Positions 18,737-28,100 of a stretch of 64,000 bases of DNA are shown here, in pieces. Below the pieces are notes generated by a model, which searched no databases, was not told the DNA's origin, and was given only the letters and a program-made list of their open reading frames with translations. How positions within the stretch are numbered: position 1 is the first letter of the stretch; every line of letters begins with the position of its first letter. Source of the stretch: an uncultured archaeon (lineage in GTDB: Archaea > Asgardarchaeota > Hermodarchaeia > Hermodarchaeales > Hermodarchaeaceae); NCBI GenBank assembly GCA_964347045.1, contig CAYFXC010000009.1, positions 58,267 through 122,266 on the forward strand. The letters run 5' to 3'. The position numbers and the translations under genes are program-made.

Positions 18737-19717
18737 GTGGGCCTACGTGAGTTCGTCATCAGACGTATATTTAATAGTTTTATCCTTATCCTTGGAGCAA
18801 TCATTTTCAATTTCTTCGTTTTTCGGTTAATGCCTGGAGATCCGGTCTCAATACTAATTAGCCCACAGATTGGTGTCAATCAACAAGAACTGGCTGATGC
18901 GCTTCGTGCTATGTGGGGCTTAGACCAACCTTTGCATATTCAATTCGGTACGTACATCGTGAATATGTTTACATTTAATTTTGGAATTTCATTTACAGAA
19001 GGGAATCGCCCGGTCATTGAATCCATCGCCGCTCGACTTCCTAACACCCTCCTTTTGATGGGTACTGCTGCCATCATTACCATTATCATCGGTGTTGCCA
19101 CTGGTATCGCTGCGGCTTCCCGGCGAGGTGGAGCCTTCGACATGGGCATGGTTACAACGGCTCTAATTCTCTATTCAGTTCCCACCTTTTGGTTAGGAAT
19201 GATGTTTATCCTCTTATTCGGCTTCTATTTTCCCATCTTTCCCATGGGTGGTACTGTCAGTGTGCCCCCACCGAACGATCCCCTAGCCTATGCGTTGGAT
19301 GTGGCCTGGCATCTATTTCTGCCAGCCATCACCCTTGCGTTAGTCTCTTATGGTGGGTACATGTTGGTGATGCGGAATACCCTCATTGATGTCCTCACCG
19401 AAGACTACATTGTAACAGCTAGGGCTAAAGGAGTCGATGAACGGACTGTCCTCTATAAACATGCTTTACGGAATGCGATTCTTCCGTTAGTCACAATGAT
19501 TGCTTTGACCTTTGGATTCCTTATCACAGGGGCTACGTTAACAGAGACGGTGTTCAATTGGTATGGTATTGGACGCTTGATTTTCGAATCTGTGATGTCA
19601 CAAAACTATCCTGTCCTACAAGCGATTTTCTATATCATGGCGCTTACTGTGATTATTGCAAACTTCATTGCGGATATCCTCTATGGGTTCTTAGATCCTC
19701 GAGTACGATATGATTGA
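18737..19717 (+). CDS. dppB: Peptide/nickel ABC permease (DppB/OppB)
   Basis: RLMPGDP, GLDQPL, RLPNTLLL, EDYIVTARAKG...HALRNA, DPRVR. Confidence 0.92.
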   Translation: MGLREFVIRRIFNSFILILGAIIFNFFVFRLMPGDPVSILISPQIGVNQQELADALRAMWGLDQPLHIQFGTYIVNMFTFNFGISFTEGNRPVIESIAARLPNTLLLMGTAAIITIIIGVATGIAAASRRGGAFDMGMVTTALILYSVPTFWLGMMFILLFGFYFPIFPMGGTVSVPPPNDPLAYALDVAWHLFLPAITLALVSYGGYMLVMRNTLIDVLTEDYIVTARAKGVDERTVLYKHALRNAILPLVTMIALTFGFLITGATLTETVFNWYGIGRLIFESVMSQNYPVLQAIFYIMALTVIIANFIADILYGFLDPRVRYD

Positions 19718-21819
19718 TTCAAATGGTGAGAAACTTGGTTCGGTGGAAGGAATATCGCGATCGTTTGTTAGGATTTTGGAGAGAATACCGAAAAAGCAAG
19801 ATGGGACTTGCTGGAATAACAATTATCCTGTTCTTTTCAGGTATGGCTATCACTGCACCATTCTTTATGCCATGGCCCAGTCCGATTCTTCCTGGCCAAG
19901 CTCCTCCAATTGCTGCTCCAATGTGGCTCTTACCATTGGATCCAATTGGCTTCACAACGGTTTACCCAATCGAAAATGAGAATTTCGATACGAGTGATGA
20001 TGGTTGGTTCTATAACGAATCAATTAGCTCTGAAGGGTATAATGTAGTGAATAACTCGCAATTCGATACCAATGCTGATGGCTGGTCACCATTAATCTTC
20101 AATGGTGGCGGAATCACCACTACTACCTACAATCCTACTGAAGGATCGGATTTAACCGGTGGAAGTGGACCAGGCTCTTATGAATTTCAGTATAACGACC
20201 AACTTGACACTTTGGCTTATGGACAAACCGATATTTTCCTTGACTATGACTTCAACTGGTATGACGATTTATATCCACCGGGCTTAATGACCGCACACCC
20301 GTCCGCTGTGATTGTTGAGTATTCAATTCAATTCTCCATTGAAAATACTCCTAGTGAAGTTCAAAATGTTGAATCTATCTTCAGTATTGAAATAATGAAT
20401 TCCACCGGAATTCCAGTCGAAATCTATTCACGACAATATATTACAACCGGTACCAGACCATGGTCCCCTCGAACTGCAAATATGCAATTTGAAAACATTA
20501 CATCTGTCTTTTCTTCAACCGATCTTATGGCGGTGCGCTTCCATCTCCAAATTTGGAATCCAAGTTTTTCTGATACACCAACCATTACGTGCCGCCTAGA
20601 TGATATCCAAGTTCAAATTCGTGCCTCATATACTAATCCTGATACTAATTCACGGATGACTGGAATGTACAGTACCACGGATGGAAGTAATGTAAGTGGA
20701 CCCGGAAGTTATCAAATCTTATATGAGGATACTGATGATTCCACAGCCTACTTTGGATCAACCGCATGGATCGAATATATTTTTCCATGGAATACGTTAG
20801 ATGTTCCCGAAGAGGTCTATTTCACTTATTACTATAAAGTCCAAGCTGAGGGTGGTTGGGGTGATACATACATCAATGTCATCCAAGAGTGCTATGTGGA
20901 AGATACTGGTGAGACAGACCAAATCTACTATTCCGATAATATTGCCGCTAATCGTCCATGGCAAAGGGGTCCAAGAGTTAGGTGGAACGTCTTTCAGCGA
21001 TCTAATACATTTGGCTCACGGGGTAACCTTTGGGTACGGTTCCGAATTCTTGTCACGGATCCAACACCTGAAGATATGGCTAGGATCACAATTGGCGTCG
21101 ATGATGCTGAATTAGAAGTCTGGGGCAACTATTTTGGAAGTTTGGGTGCTGGTGTTTACGGGGAAGATCTATGGGCTCAATTACTTTGGGGTGCTAGAAT
21201 TGCTCTGATTGTTGGACTTTCTGCCGCTTTCATTGCGACTTTTGTTGGACTTATTGTAGGTTTAATCTCTGGCTATTTCGGAGGTCTCGTTGATGAGGTT
21301 CTAATGCGAATAACCGATTTCTTCTTAGTAATTCCAGGACTTCCACTGATGATTGTACTTGCCGCAATCCTAGAACCTCGGTGGTACAATATCGTCTTAG
21401 TTATAGCATTAGTTGGATGGACGGGAACAGCCCGGCTAGTTAGGTCACAAGTTCTTGCCGAAAGGCAGAAAGCCTACGTGGAAGCCGCACATGCAATTGG
21501 CGCGAGTGATCTCTATATCATCTTTCGTCATATATTACCCAATGTTACTCCTCTCCTATTCGCTCAGATTACACTTGGTGTTGCGGGTGCAATTTTGTCT
21601 GAGGCTGGGCTTAGCTTCTTAGGACTCACCCATCCCTATGACGTTAGTTGGGGTCGTATGCTCCAAGCTGCAGCCCAAGGCGGAGCTTATACACAAGGTG
21701 CTTGGTGGTATCTCTTCTTCCCAGGCATGTGTATCGTATTACTGGCAATGTCCTTTACCTTAGTCGGCTATGCAGTTGATGAAATTCTCAATCCACGTTT
21801 GCGAATCCGGAGGGAATAA
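19714..21819 (+). CDS. dppC: Peptide/nickel ABC permease (DppC/OppC) with ~390-aa extracellular insertion
   Basis: GEDLWAQLLWGARIAL, DEVLMRITD, YVEAAHAIGA (EAA loop), RHILPN, SWGRML, NPRLR; 701 aa versus ~300 typical. Confidence 0.88.
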   Translation: MIQMVRNLVRWKEYRDRLLGFWREYRKSKMGLAGITIILFFSGMAITAPFFMPWPSPILPGQAPPIAAPMWLLPLDPIGFTTVYPIENENFDTSDDGWFYNESISSEGYNVVNNSQFDTNADGWSPLIFNGGGITTTTYNPTEGSDLTGGSGPGSYEFQYNDQLDTLAYGQTDIFLDYDFNWYDDLYPPGLMTAHPSAVIVEYSIQFSIENTPSEVQNVESIFSIEIMNSTGIPVEIYSRQYITTGTRPWSPRTANMQFENITSVFSSTDLMAVRFHLQIWNPSFSDTPTITCRLDDIQVQIRASYTNPDTNSRMTGMYSTTDGSNVSGPGSYQILYEDTDDSTAYFGSTAWIEYIFPWNTLDVPEEVYFTYYYKVQAEGGWGDTYINVIQECYVEDTGETDQIYYSDNIAANRPWQRGPRVRWNVFQRSNTFGSRGNLWVRFRILVTDPTPEDMARITIGVDDAELEVWGNYFGSLGAGVYGEDLWAQLLWGARIALIVGLSAAFIATFVGLIVGLISGYFGGLVDEVLMRITDFFLVIPGLPLMIVLAAILEPRWYNIVLVIALVGWTGTARLVRSQVLAERQKAYVEAAHAIGASDLYIIFRHILPNVTPLLFAQITLGVAGAILSEAGLSFLGLTHPYDVSWGRMLQAAAQGGAYTQGAWWYLFFPGMCIVLLAMSFTLVGYAVDEILNPRLRIRRE

Positions 21820-21832
21820 GGAGGACGTAAAG

Positions 21833-22810
21833 ATGGCTGTATTAGAAGTAAACAATCTCAAGGCATACTTCTTCATCGAAGCGGGTTCGGTTAAAGCCGT
21901 TGACGATGTTAGTTTTTTTTTGGACCGAGGTGAAACCCTTGGACTTGCAGGAGAATCCGGTTGTGGAAAATCAACCACTGCTTATGCTATTCTTAATCTC
22001 CTTCCATATCCAGGCCGCATTGTGGAAGGTGAAGTGATTCTTGATGGTGAAGATCTCACTAAGAAAGAGCCTGAAGAGATGCGGCTAATCCGATGGGATG
22101 AGATTTCGATGGTCTTTCAAGGTGCAATGAATGCACTTAACCCCGTTCTTCGTATTGGAGACCAGATTGTGGAAGCAATTACCCTCCATGAGGATATATC
22201 GACTGATGAAGCTTATAAGAAAATGGAAGATATCCTCGAAACTGTTGGTGTTGATCCCTCTCGGGCTAGTAACTACCCTCATGAGTTTAGTGGTGGTATG
22301 AAACAACGTGTTATGATAGCTATGGCGCTTGTAACCGAACCGAAAGTCCTTATCGCTGATGAACCGACAACTGCTCTCGATGTGACTGTTGAAGCGCAAG
22401 TCCTCAAACTCTTGAAAAGTCTTCAGAAGAAGTTCCAGCTTTCTGTGATTCTAATTACTCATGATCTTGCCACTATCGCTGAAGCTTGTGATCGGGTTGC
22501 TATCATGTATGCTGGTAAGATCGTCGAGCTCGCAGATGTCGTCACAATTTTCAAAGAACGCCTTCATCCGTATACGGAGGGCTTAATTCGATCTGTACCT
22601 AGTCTTTTAGGAACGGAACAACTTGTACATATTCCCGGTGCTCCCCCTGGGCTTGTTACTCCTCCTTCAGGATGTCGATTCCATCCACGGTGTCCTATTG
22701 CAACATTAATATGTATGCTGCAGGAACCGGAGTTTCGGGAAATTAAAGAAAAGCATTTTGTCGCTTGCCACTATGCTGATTTACTTTGGGGTATTAACGT
22801 TTGGAAGTAG
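21833..22810 (+). CDS. dppD: Peptide ABC ATPase (DppD/OppD)
   Basis: GESGCGKS, YPHEFSGGMKQR, ADEPTTALD, HPYT, GCRFHPRC...VACH; SD ggagg before ATG 21833. Confidence 0.93.
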   Translation: MAVLEVNNLKAYFFIEAGSVKAVDDVSFFLDRGETLGLAGESGCGKSTTAYAILNLLPYPGRIVEGEVILDGEDLTKKEPEEMRLIRWDEISMVFQGAMNALNPVLRIGDQIVEAITLHEDISTDEAYKKMEDILETVGVDPSRASNYPHEFSGGMKQRVMIAMALVTEPKVLIADEPTTALDVTVEAQVLKLLKSLQKKFQLSVILITHDLATIAEACDRVAIMYAGKIVELADVVTIFKERLHPYTEGLIRSVPSLLGTEQLVHIPGAPPGLVTPPSGCRFHPRCPIATLICMLQEPEFREIKEKHFVACHYADLLWGINVWK

Positions 22811-23832
22811 GTACATTGACAACACAAGAACCATTGATTGAAGTGCGAAACCTGAAAAAATACTTCCCCGTTCGTCGTGGATTGGTTGCCCAGCTCGTTA
22901 GCCGTGAACAGATTTGGGTTAAAGCGGTTGATGATATTTCATTTGATATTTTCAAGAATGAAGTGTTTGTACTTGCTGGTGAATCTGGATGCGGTAAAAC
23001 CACTACTGGACGAGTCCTTCTCAATCTAGCTCCCGCAACTGAAGGGAGTATTACCTATGCTGGCACGGATCTTGCCGCAATTACTAAACAAGAAATGAAA
23101 GCGCTTCGACCAAAACTGCAGATCATTTTCCAAGACCCCTATGAAAGTTTGAACCCTCGACTCAGTATTCATGATAGCATTGGGGAAGCACTCCAAGTCA
23201 ATCGTCTTACTGAAAGTCGCGAAGAACTTCTACAACGTATCAAAATGGCAATGGAAGATGTCCGCCTTATTCCTCCTGAAGATTTCATCTATCGGTACCC
23301 ACATATGCTCAGCGGTGGCCAACGGCAACGCGTCGTTATTGCTCGTGCCATCGTCACTCAACCCGAATTCATCGTCGCCGATGAACCGGTTTCTATGCTC
23401 GACGCATCCATTCGTGCTGAGATTCTCCACCTCCTCAAAGACTTGATTAAAAAATATGATCTTACCTATCTTTACATCACGCACGATCTAGCTTCTGCTC
23501 GATATATTGGTGACCGGATTGGCATCATGTATTTGGGCAAAATCGTTGAGTATGGTCCAGTTGGTCGTGTTATCGACAACCCCAAGCATCAGTATACTGC
23601 AATACTCGTCTCTGCTGTTCCCATTCCTGATCCAACACTTACTCATACGCGACGGGCTCCGATCGGTGAAGTTCCTTCACCCATTAATCCTCCATCTGGT
23701 TGTCGGTTCCATACACGATGTCCGAAGGCAGATGAGAAATGTCGTCTTGAAGAACCTCCTTTCAAAGAGGTCGAGAAAGAACATTTTACGGCCTGTTGGC
23801 ACTGGTTTGATCCCAAGCAATGGGAAGAATGA
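22801..23832 (+). CDS. dppF: Peptide ABC ATPase (DppF/OppF)
   Basis: GESGCGKT, IFQDPYESLNPR, LSGGQRQR, ADEPVSMLD, GCRFHTRC...TACW. Confidence 0.93.
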   Translation: MEVGTLTTQEPLIEVRNLKKYFPVRRGLVAQLVSREQIWVKAVDDISFDIFKNEVFVLAGESGCGKTTTGRVLLNLAPATEGSITYAGTDLAAITKQEMKALRPKLQIIFQDPYESLNPRLSIHDSIGEALQVNRLTESREELLQRIKMAMEDVRLIPPEDFIYRYPHMLSGGQRQRVVIARAIVTQPEFIVADEPVSMLDASIRAEILHLLKDLIKKYDLTYLYITHDLASARYIGDRIGIMYLGKIVEYGPVGRVIDNPKHQYTAILVSAVPIPDPTLTHTRRAPIGEVPSPINPPSGCRFHTRCPKADEKCRLEEPPFKEVEKEHFTACWHWFDPKQWEE

Positions 23833-23898
23833 CATCATTGACAAATACGTGGAATCCACTTCTTCAAGGCACAAAGGGTCATTATATGAAGTCTACAG

Positions 23899-24654
23899 TT
23901 ACTTTGCAAACTTAGAAAAAAGTTGCTGAATGATCTTCGGGTTTTGAGGAGTGGATTGCTTCAGATATTTATCTTGAGAGAACATTTCAAAGAACTTTCC
24001 CATTTCACGGAGTTTTCCAATTATATCCAAGATAGTCTGTTTCTCGATGTCCATTTGTTTGATAATCACTTCAATATTATCAAATGAAGAATTCTTGAAA
24101 AGAGTTGCCGCCTCCATGGAGCTAGGGGTCTTTTTTGTTGCTAGGCTGATGAACGTATCTGCTAGGTTTGAATAAATTTGTTTAATGGATTCAAGAGTGC
24201 TTGTGTATTGTCGACCTTGAAGTAGTTGATAGGTGATTAGTCTTTGTAAATCTTCTAAAACATGGCGTTTATCATCAGGATATTCAACAATAATTTCCGG
24301 AGGAAGTGTAATCGGATCAATTAGGCGAAGGGCATACATGTTAGCTTCTGCTTCCTCGATTCCTTCAAACATTAGCGCATTTCGCATTTCCACACGTGCA
24401 AAGTGCCAAACAAGATTTGTGTTGATTGTTTTTGGATCCGGAATGATAATAAAATGCAAACTTATTCCTAGACCATACGGGCTTTTAGGTCCGCTGAGTA
24501 GGAATGGGCTTCCTGTATCTATAGGTAAATTCGCAACAGCTGAATCTACTGTTTCTGGAAGTTTTCGAGGAACTGTTGTTTTGAACAATTTGAGAAGAGG
24601 GACAAAAAGTGTCGAAGATGGAGGTTTGCGTTTTCGCCGGTAAAAAAATGGCAT
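23899..24654 (-). CDS. Hypothetical protein
   Basis: 251-aa ORF with SD-like agtga upstream; weak EAEANMYA..LI.P motif. Confidence 0.7.
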   Translation of the reverse strand: MPFFYRRKRKPPSSTLFVPLLKLFKTTVPRKLPETVDSAVANLPIDTGSPFLLSGPKSPYGLGISLHFIIIPDPKTINTNLVWHFARVEMRNALMFEGIEEAEANMYALRLIDPITLPPEIIVEYPDDKRHVLEDLQRLITYQLLQGRQYTSTLESIKQIYSNLADTFISLATKKTPSSMEAATLFKNSSFDNIEVIIKQMDIEKQTILDIIGKLREMGKFFEMFSQDKYLKQSTPQNPKIIQQLFSKFAK

Positions 24655-24702
24655 TTACAATCACTACCCGACGAAGGAAATGATTAGTTCGAATACATAA
24701 TG

Positions 24703-24957
24703 CTAACGGTTCATGCGGCGTTCAACGTGTAGCATAAAGAGAGTTTGGCGTAAATCTGTAAGATTGGGAACGCGGGCAACAACACCTTCTGCAACCAGCC
24801 GTTTCAAAGCGTATCGAACAGTGCGGGGGGCAAGGTTTGTGTTTTTTACAATTTCTTTACTCGTCATCGGGCCGTTATTCTCGATGACCCGGATAATTTT
24901 GGAGGCACTAGGCGGTTCCTTGTGACTTCTAAACCATTTCACATTGCCACCCACCAA
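24703..24957 (-). CDS. Small winged-HTH transcriptional regulator (MarR/ArsR-like archaeal family)
   Basis: PPSASKII...GPMTSKEIV..TNLAPRTVRYALKRL...NLTDLRQTLF. Confidence 0.85.
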   Translation of the reverse strand: MVGGNVKWFRSHKEPPSASKIIRVIENNGPMTSKEIVKNTNLAPRTVRYALKRLVAEGVVARVPNLTDLRQTLFMLHVERRMNR

Positions 24958-24982
24958 GTGCTATTCGTTTGGTTTTTAAAAG

Positions 24983-25023
24983 CGTTTCGAATCCGGAAAC
25001 GGCAAAAGCCGAAGAAATCTTCG
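24983..25023. promoter_or_regulatory. Cluster of palindromes in the divergent promoter between the HTH gene and the S8 protease
   Basis: CGTTTC-N7-GAAACG (24983-25001), CGGC-AAAA-GCCG (25000-25011), CGAAGA-AA-TCTTCG (25010-25023). Confidence 0.4.
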
Positions 25024-25145
25024 TAAATTCATGATTTCCTTTTAAAGCAACCGAATTTGGTGCAAAAAAGACACATTAACGTATAAAAGGGGCAAGAGCT
25101 TCACTATCCGGCACCCTACTGCTAAGTAGGACAACGGATGGAAAA

Positions 25146-28100
25146 ATGAAAATGAAACAGATAGTGTTTCTTAGAAAGCGTTCAATGACATCTCTAGCGT
25201 TTTCAGCGATTCTAATAGCATCAATGTTTATCGGAATTACTGCTTTACCTGTATCAAATCTTTTGCAGAACGTGTTTAATCCATTGACAACTACGCCGAT
25301 GGATCAATACCGCCCGTTCTTCGAAGGAGCCGATCAACCCAATGACCCTGGGATGAGCAAACTAGCGAACTTTGAGAAAAACCTACATGACTATCTACGA
25401 ACTGGTCGTATATCAGATGGTATCGTACAAACCAAAGATGGCATGAGCATTTTGCTCGGTGCTGGTTATGAAATCGATTTAGCCGCACTCAGTGGGCACA
25501 TGAAAATCCGTCATGTCCTCGATATGGGAATCGGATTTATGGTGTTGGGTGACGTTTCATCACCAAGGGACCTTTATCTCATCAATTCACTCGACTATAC
25601 GGGTCTCATCATGGCTGATGAATACCTAGAAACACCCTCAAAGCCTAATTTTGATCCTGGGCCATCCCCCGATAACTTCTTCGTTCGGGATATTATTGAA
25701 GCCGATATGGCCAATGCTGCTGGCTATACTGGCTCAGGTGCAGTAATTGGTGTCGTCGATACTGGTATAGACCATACTCTTACTGATTTGGCAACAGCTT
25801 ATCACACGAATAGCTCTGGCTATCCCACTGCCTTTGATCCTGGTGGAATGGGTATTGCCATTACTGATTGGTCAGGTTCACCAGTAAGTGGATATCTCCT
25901 TACTGGCGGGTATGATTTTGCAATGCATTGGCCCTTCTACCCTTATGGAGGACTTGTCCGCTACTCGAACAGCACCTATGATGTGGTAGCTGATAACCTC
26001 TTTATTGGAGTCGGCGCAAACGAAATTCCAAGTCAATCGGGCATCTACAAAGTTGGCGTCGTCTTGATGTCTTCAGATCCTGGAGGACCCAGGACCCGAC
26101 AATTCGTCATCTTCATGTTGACGGATCCGAACACTGCAGGTGTTTATGACACTATGTATATTGACTGGGAAACTTCGTATGCGGTTTCAGCCGATTATAA
26201 CCATTGGGCTACTCCTGCGCTCCCCGCGGATTGGGACTTCACAAACAACATCGTCAATGGCAAATACGACTTTAATCCAGCCACGGCGGATGCGCCATTC
26301 CTGATGGCGTATGATGGCGACGGCGATGGCTACAATGACTTCGGTCTTGGTCTCTTAGCGAACACCTATGACCTTTTTGGATTTATCACAGGTGAAATCG
26401 TTCAAGGAATCGATCCCTCAGGAGATGGCTTTGCCTTCTTCTACGATGACGGAGCCCACGGTACAAGTGTTGCTGGTGCCGCTGCAGGTCGAGGCATTCA
26501 ACCCATGGACGTTTATGGCAATGGAACGAACTATTATTTGACCGGCATTGCCCCAGACGCTGAACTCATGGGCCTGAAAAGGTTCACCTTTGCCAGCGAA
26601 TTCGAAAGCTGGGCCTGGGGTTCAGGCTGGCGACCTGTTGCCAAGGATCTACCGACAGGTACCTATATGGATTGGACTCACAGCATGTATCTGCCTGGGT
26701 GGGACGATTCTAACCAAGCCGATATCCTCACCAACTCATGGGGTTATATCCTGTGGGAATTTGGTGATGATGACTACTTCTACAGTGTTGATTGGTCTTC
26801 CTTTGCTATGGACTACTTCAGCACTGGAGCTTTGGGATATCCGTACCATAATGCGACAGGCAGTTATCTCAGCAACCCCATGTTTCCTGATGGTGGCATT
26901 GCTGATTCACCACTGTTTGTCTTCTCATCTGGTAACGCTGGTCCAGGCTACTCAACCGCTGGCAGCCCAGTAAGTGCTTCGGCTCTAACTGTCGGTGCTA
27001 GTACAACCCATGCCTACGCTGAGCAAATCTACAATCCTGATCTTGAATTCGGTCCTCAGGGATATGACCAATTGGCTTTCTTCTCCAGTGGTGGTCCCAC
27101 ACCAAGTGCATTGCCCAAGCCGGATGTGGTGGCTCCTGGTCTCGGAGGTTTTGAAATTACACCACTTTGGCGGGCTCAAACTTTGGGAACACAGCCTTTC
27201 CGAACCTTCAGTGGAACCAGTATGTCTGCACCAATCGTCGCTGGTGTCGCGGCATTGGTTGTTGAGGCATTGGCATTACCAATTGTCGGTGACTATCCGA
27301 TACCGGCGAATCCGTATGGTTTTGATGGTGGACTGATTAAGACAATTATCAAGTCTTCGACTGATGACCTTCATCATGCGGTGCTTCGTCAGGGATCTGG
27401 GCGTGTGAACGCTTGGAAGGCTGTTGCATTGGCTATTGGTAATGAAACTCTTACTCCCGCGGGAACAGACTACTTGATGACATTGATGAGCAACAACACG
27501 TTCATCAACTACGCAATTGGCTACCAATTGGACTATTCTGTCGTGGCTAACTGGAAGGTTAATTCGACCGCTGCAATATTGCGTGAAGGAAATACACCGT
27601 ACAATGACGTAACAACCTTCCCTGGAGCCTGGTTCTGGATCATGATGAGTGGCTATGATGCGCCCTATACACCCAATGCGGCTTATTATCATCCGGGCTC
27701 CCATGGTTTGTGGGCTCCCAACGTTAGTATGATGGATGCAGGCTTCATGGTTCCTGCCCTACATGCTGGTGACACGAAGGATGTTGGCTTTGTCGCAGGT
27801 ACTGCAGGTAATCCGATCAGTGGTACTGTTGATGCCGATTGGTATACGCTCACTGGTGAGGCAGAAGCGTCCTTCTTCTCAACGTCTCCCGCTGTAACCT
27901 ATCCGCTCTTCGGTGACTATCCAGGGATTAACAACTTCGATGATGCCTTCATGGCTGATTTCCTGGCTGCTGACTATGCAGTGATCACTCTGACCTATGA
28001 TACCAGTACGTTTGAGGAACTGTGGGACTTCACCAATGAATACTTCTATGGTGGAGACACGAACTACGTCTTCCTCTTCGACTGGAATGACACCAGTATG

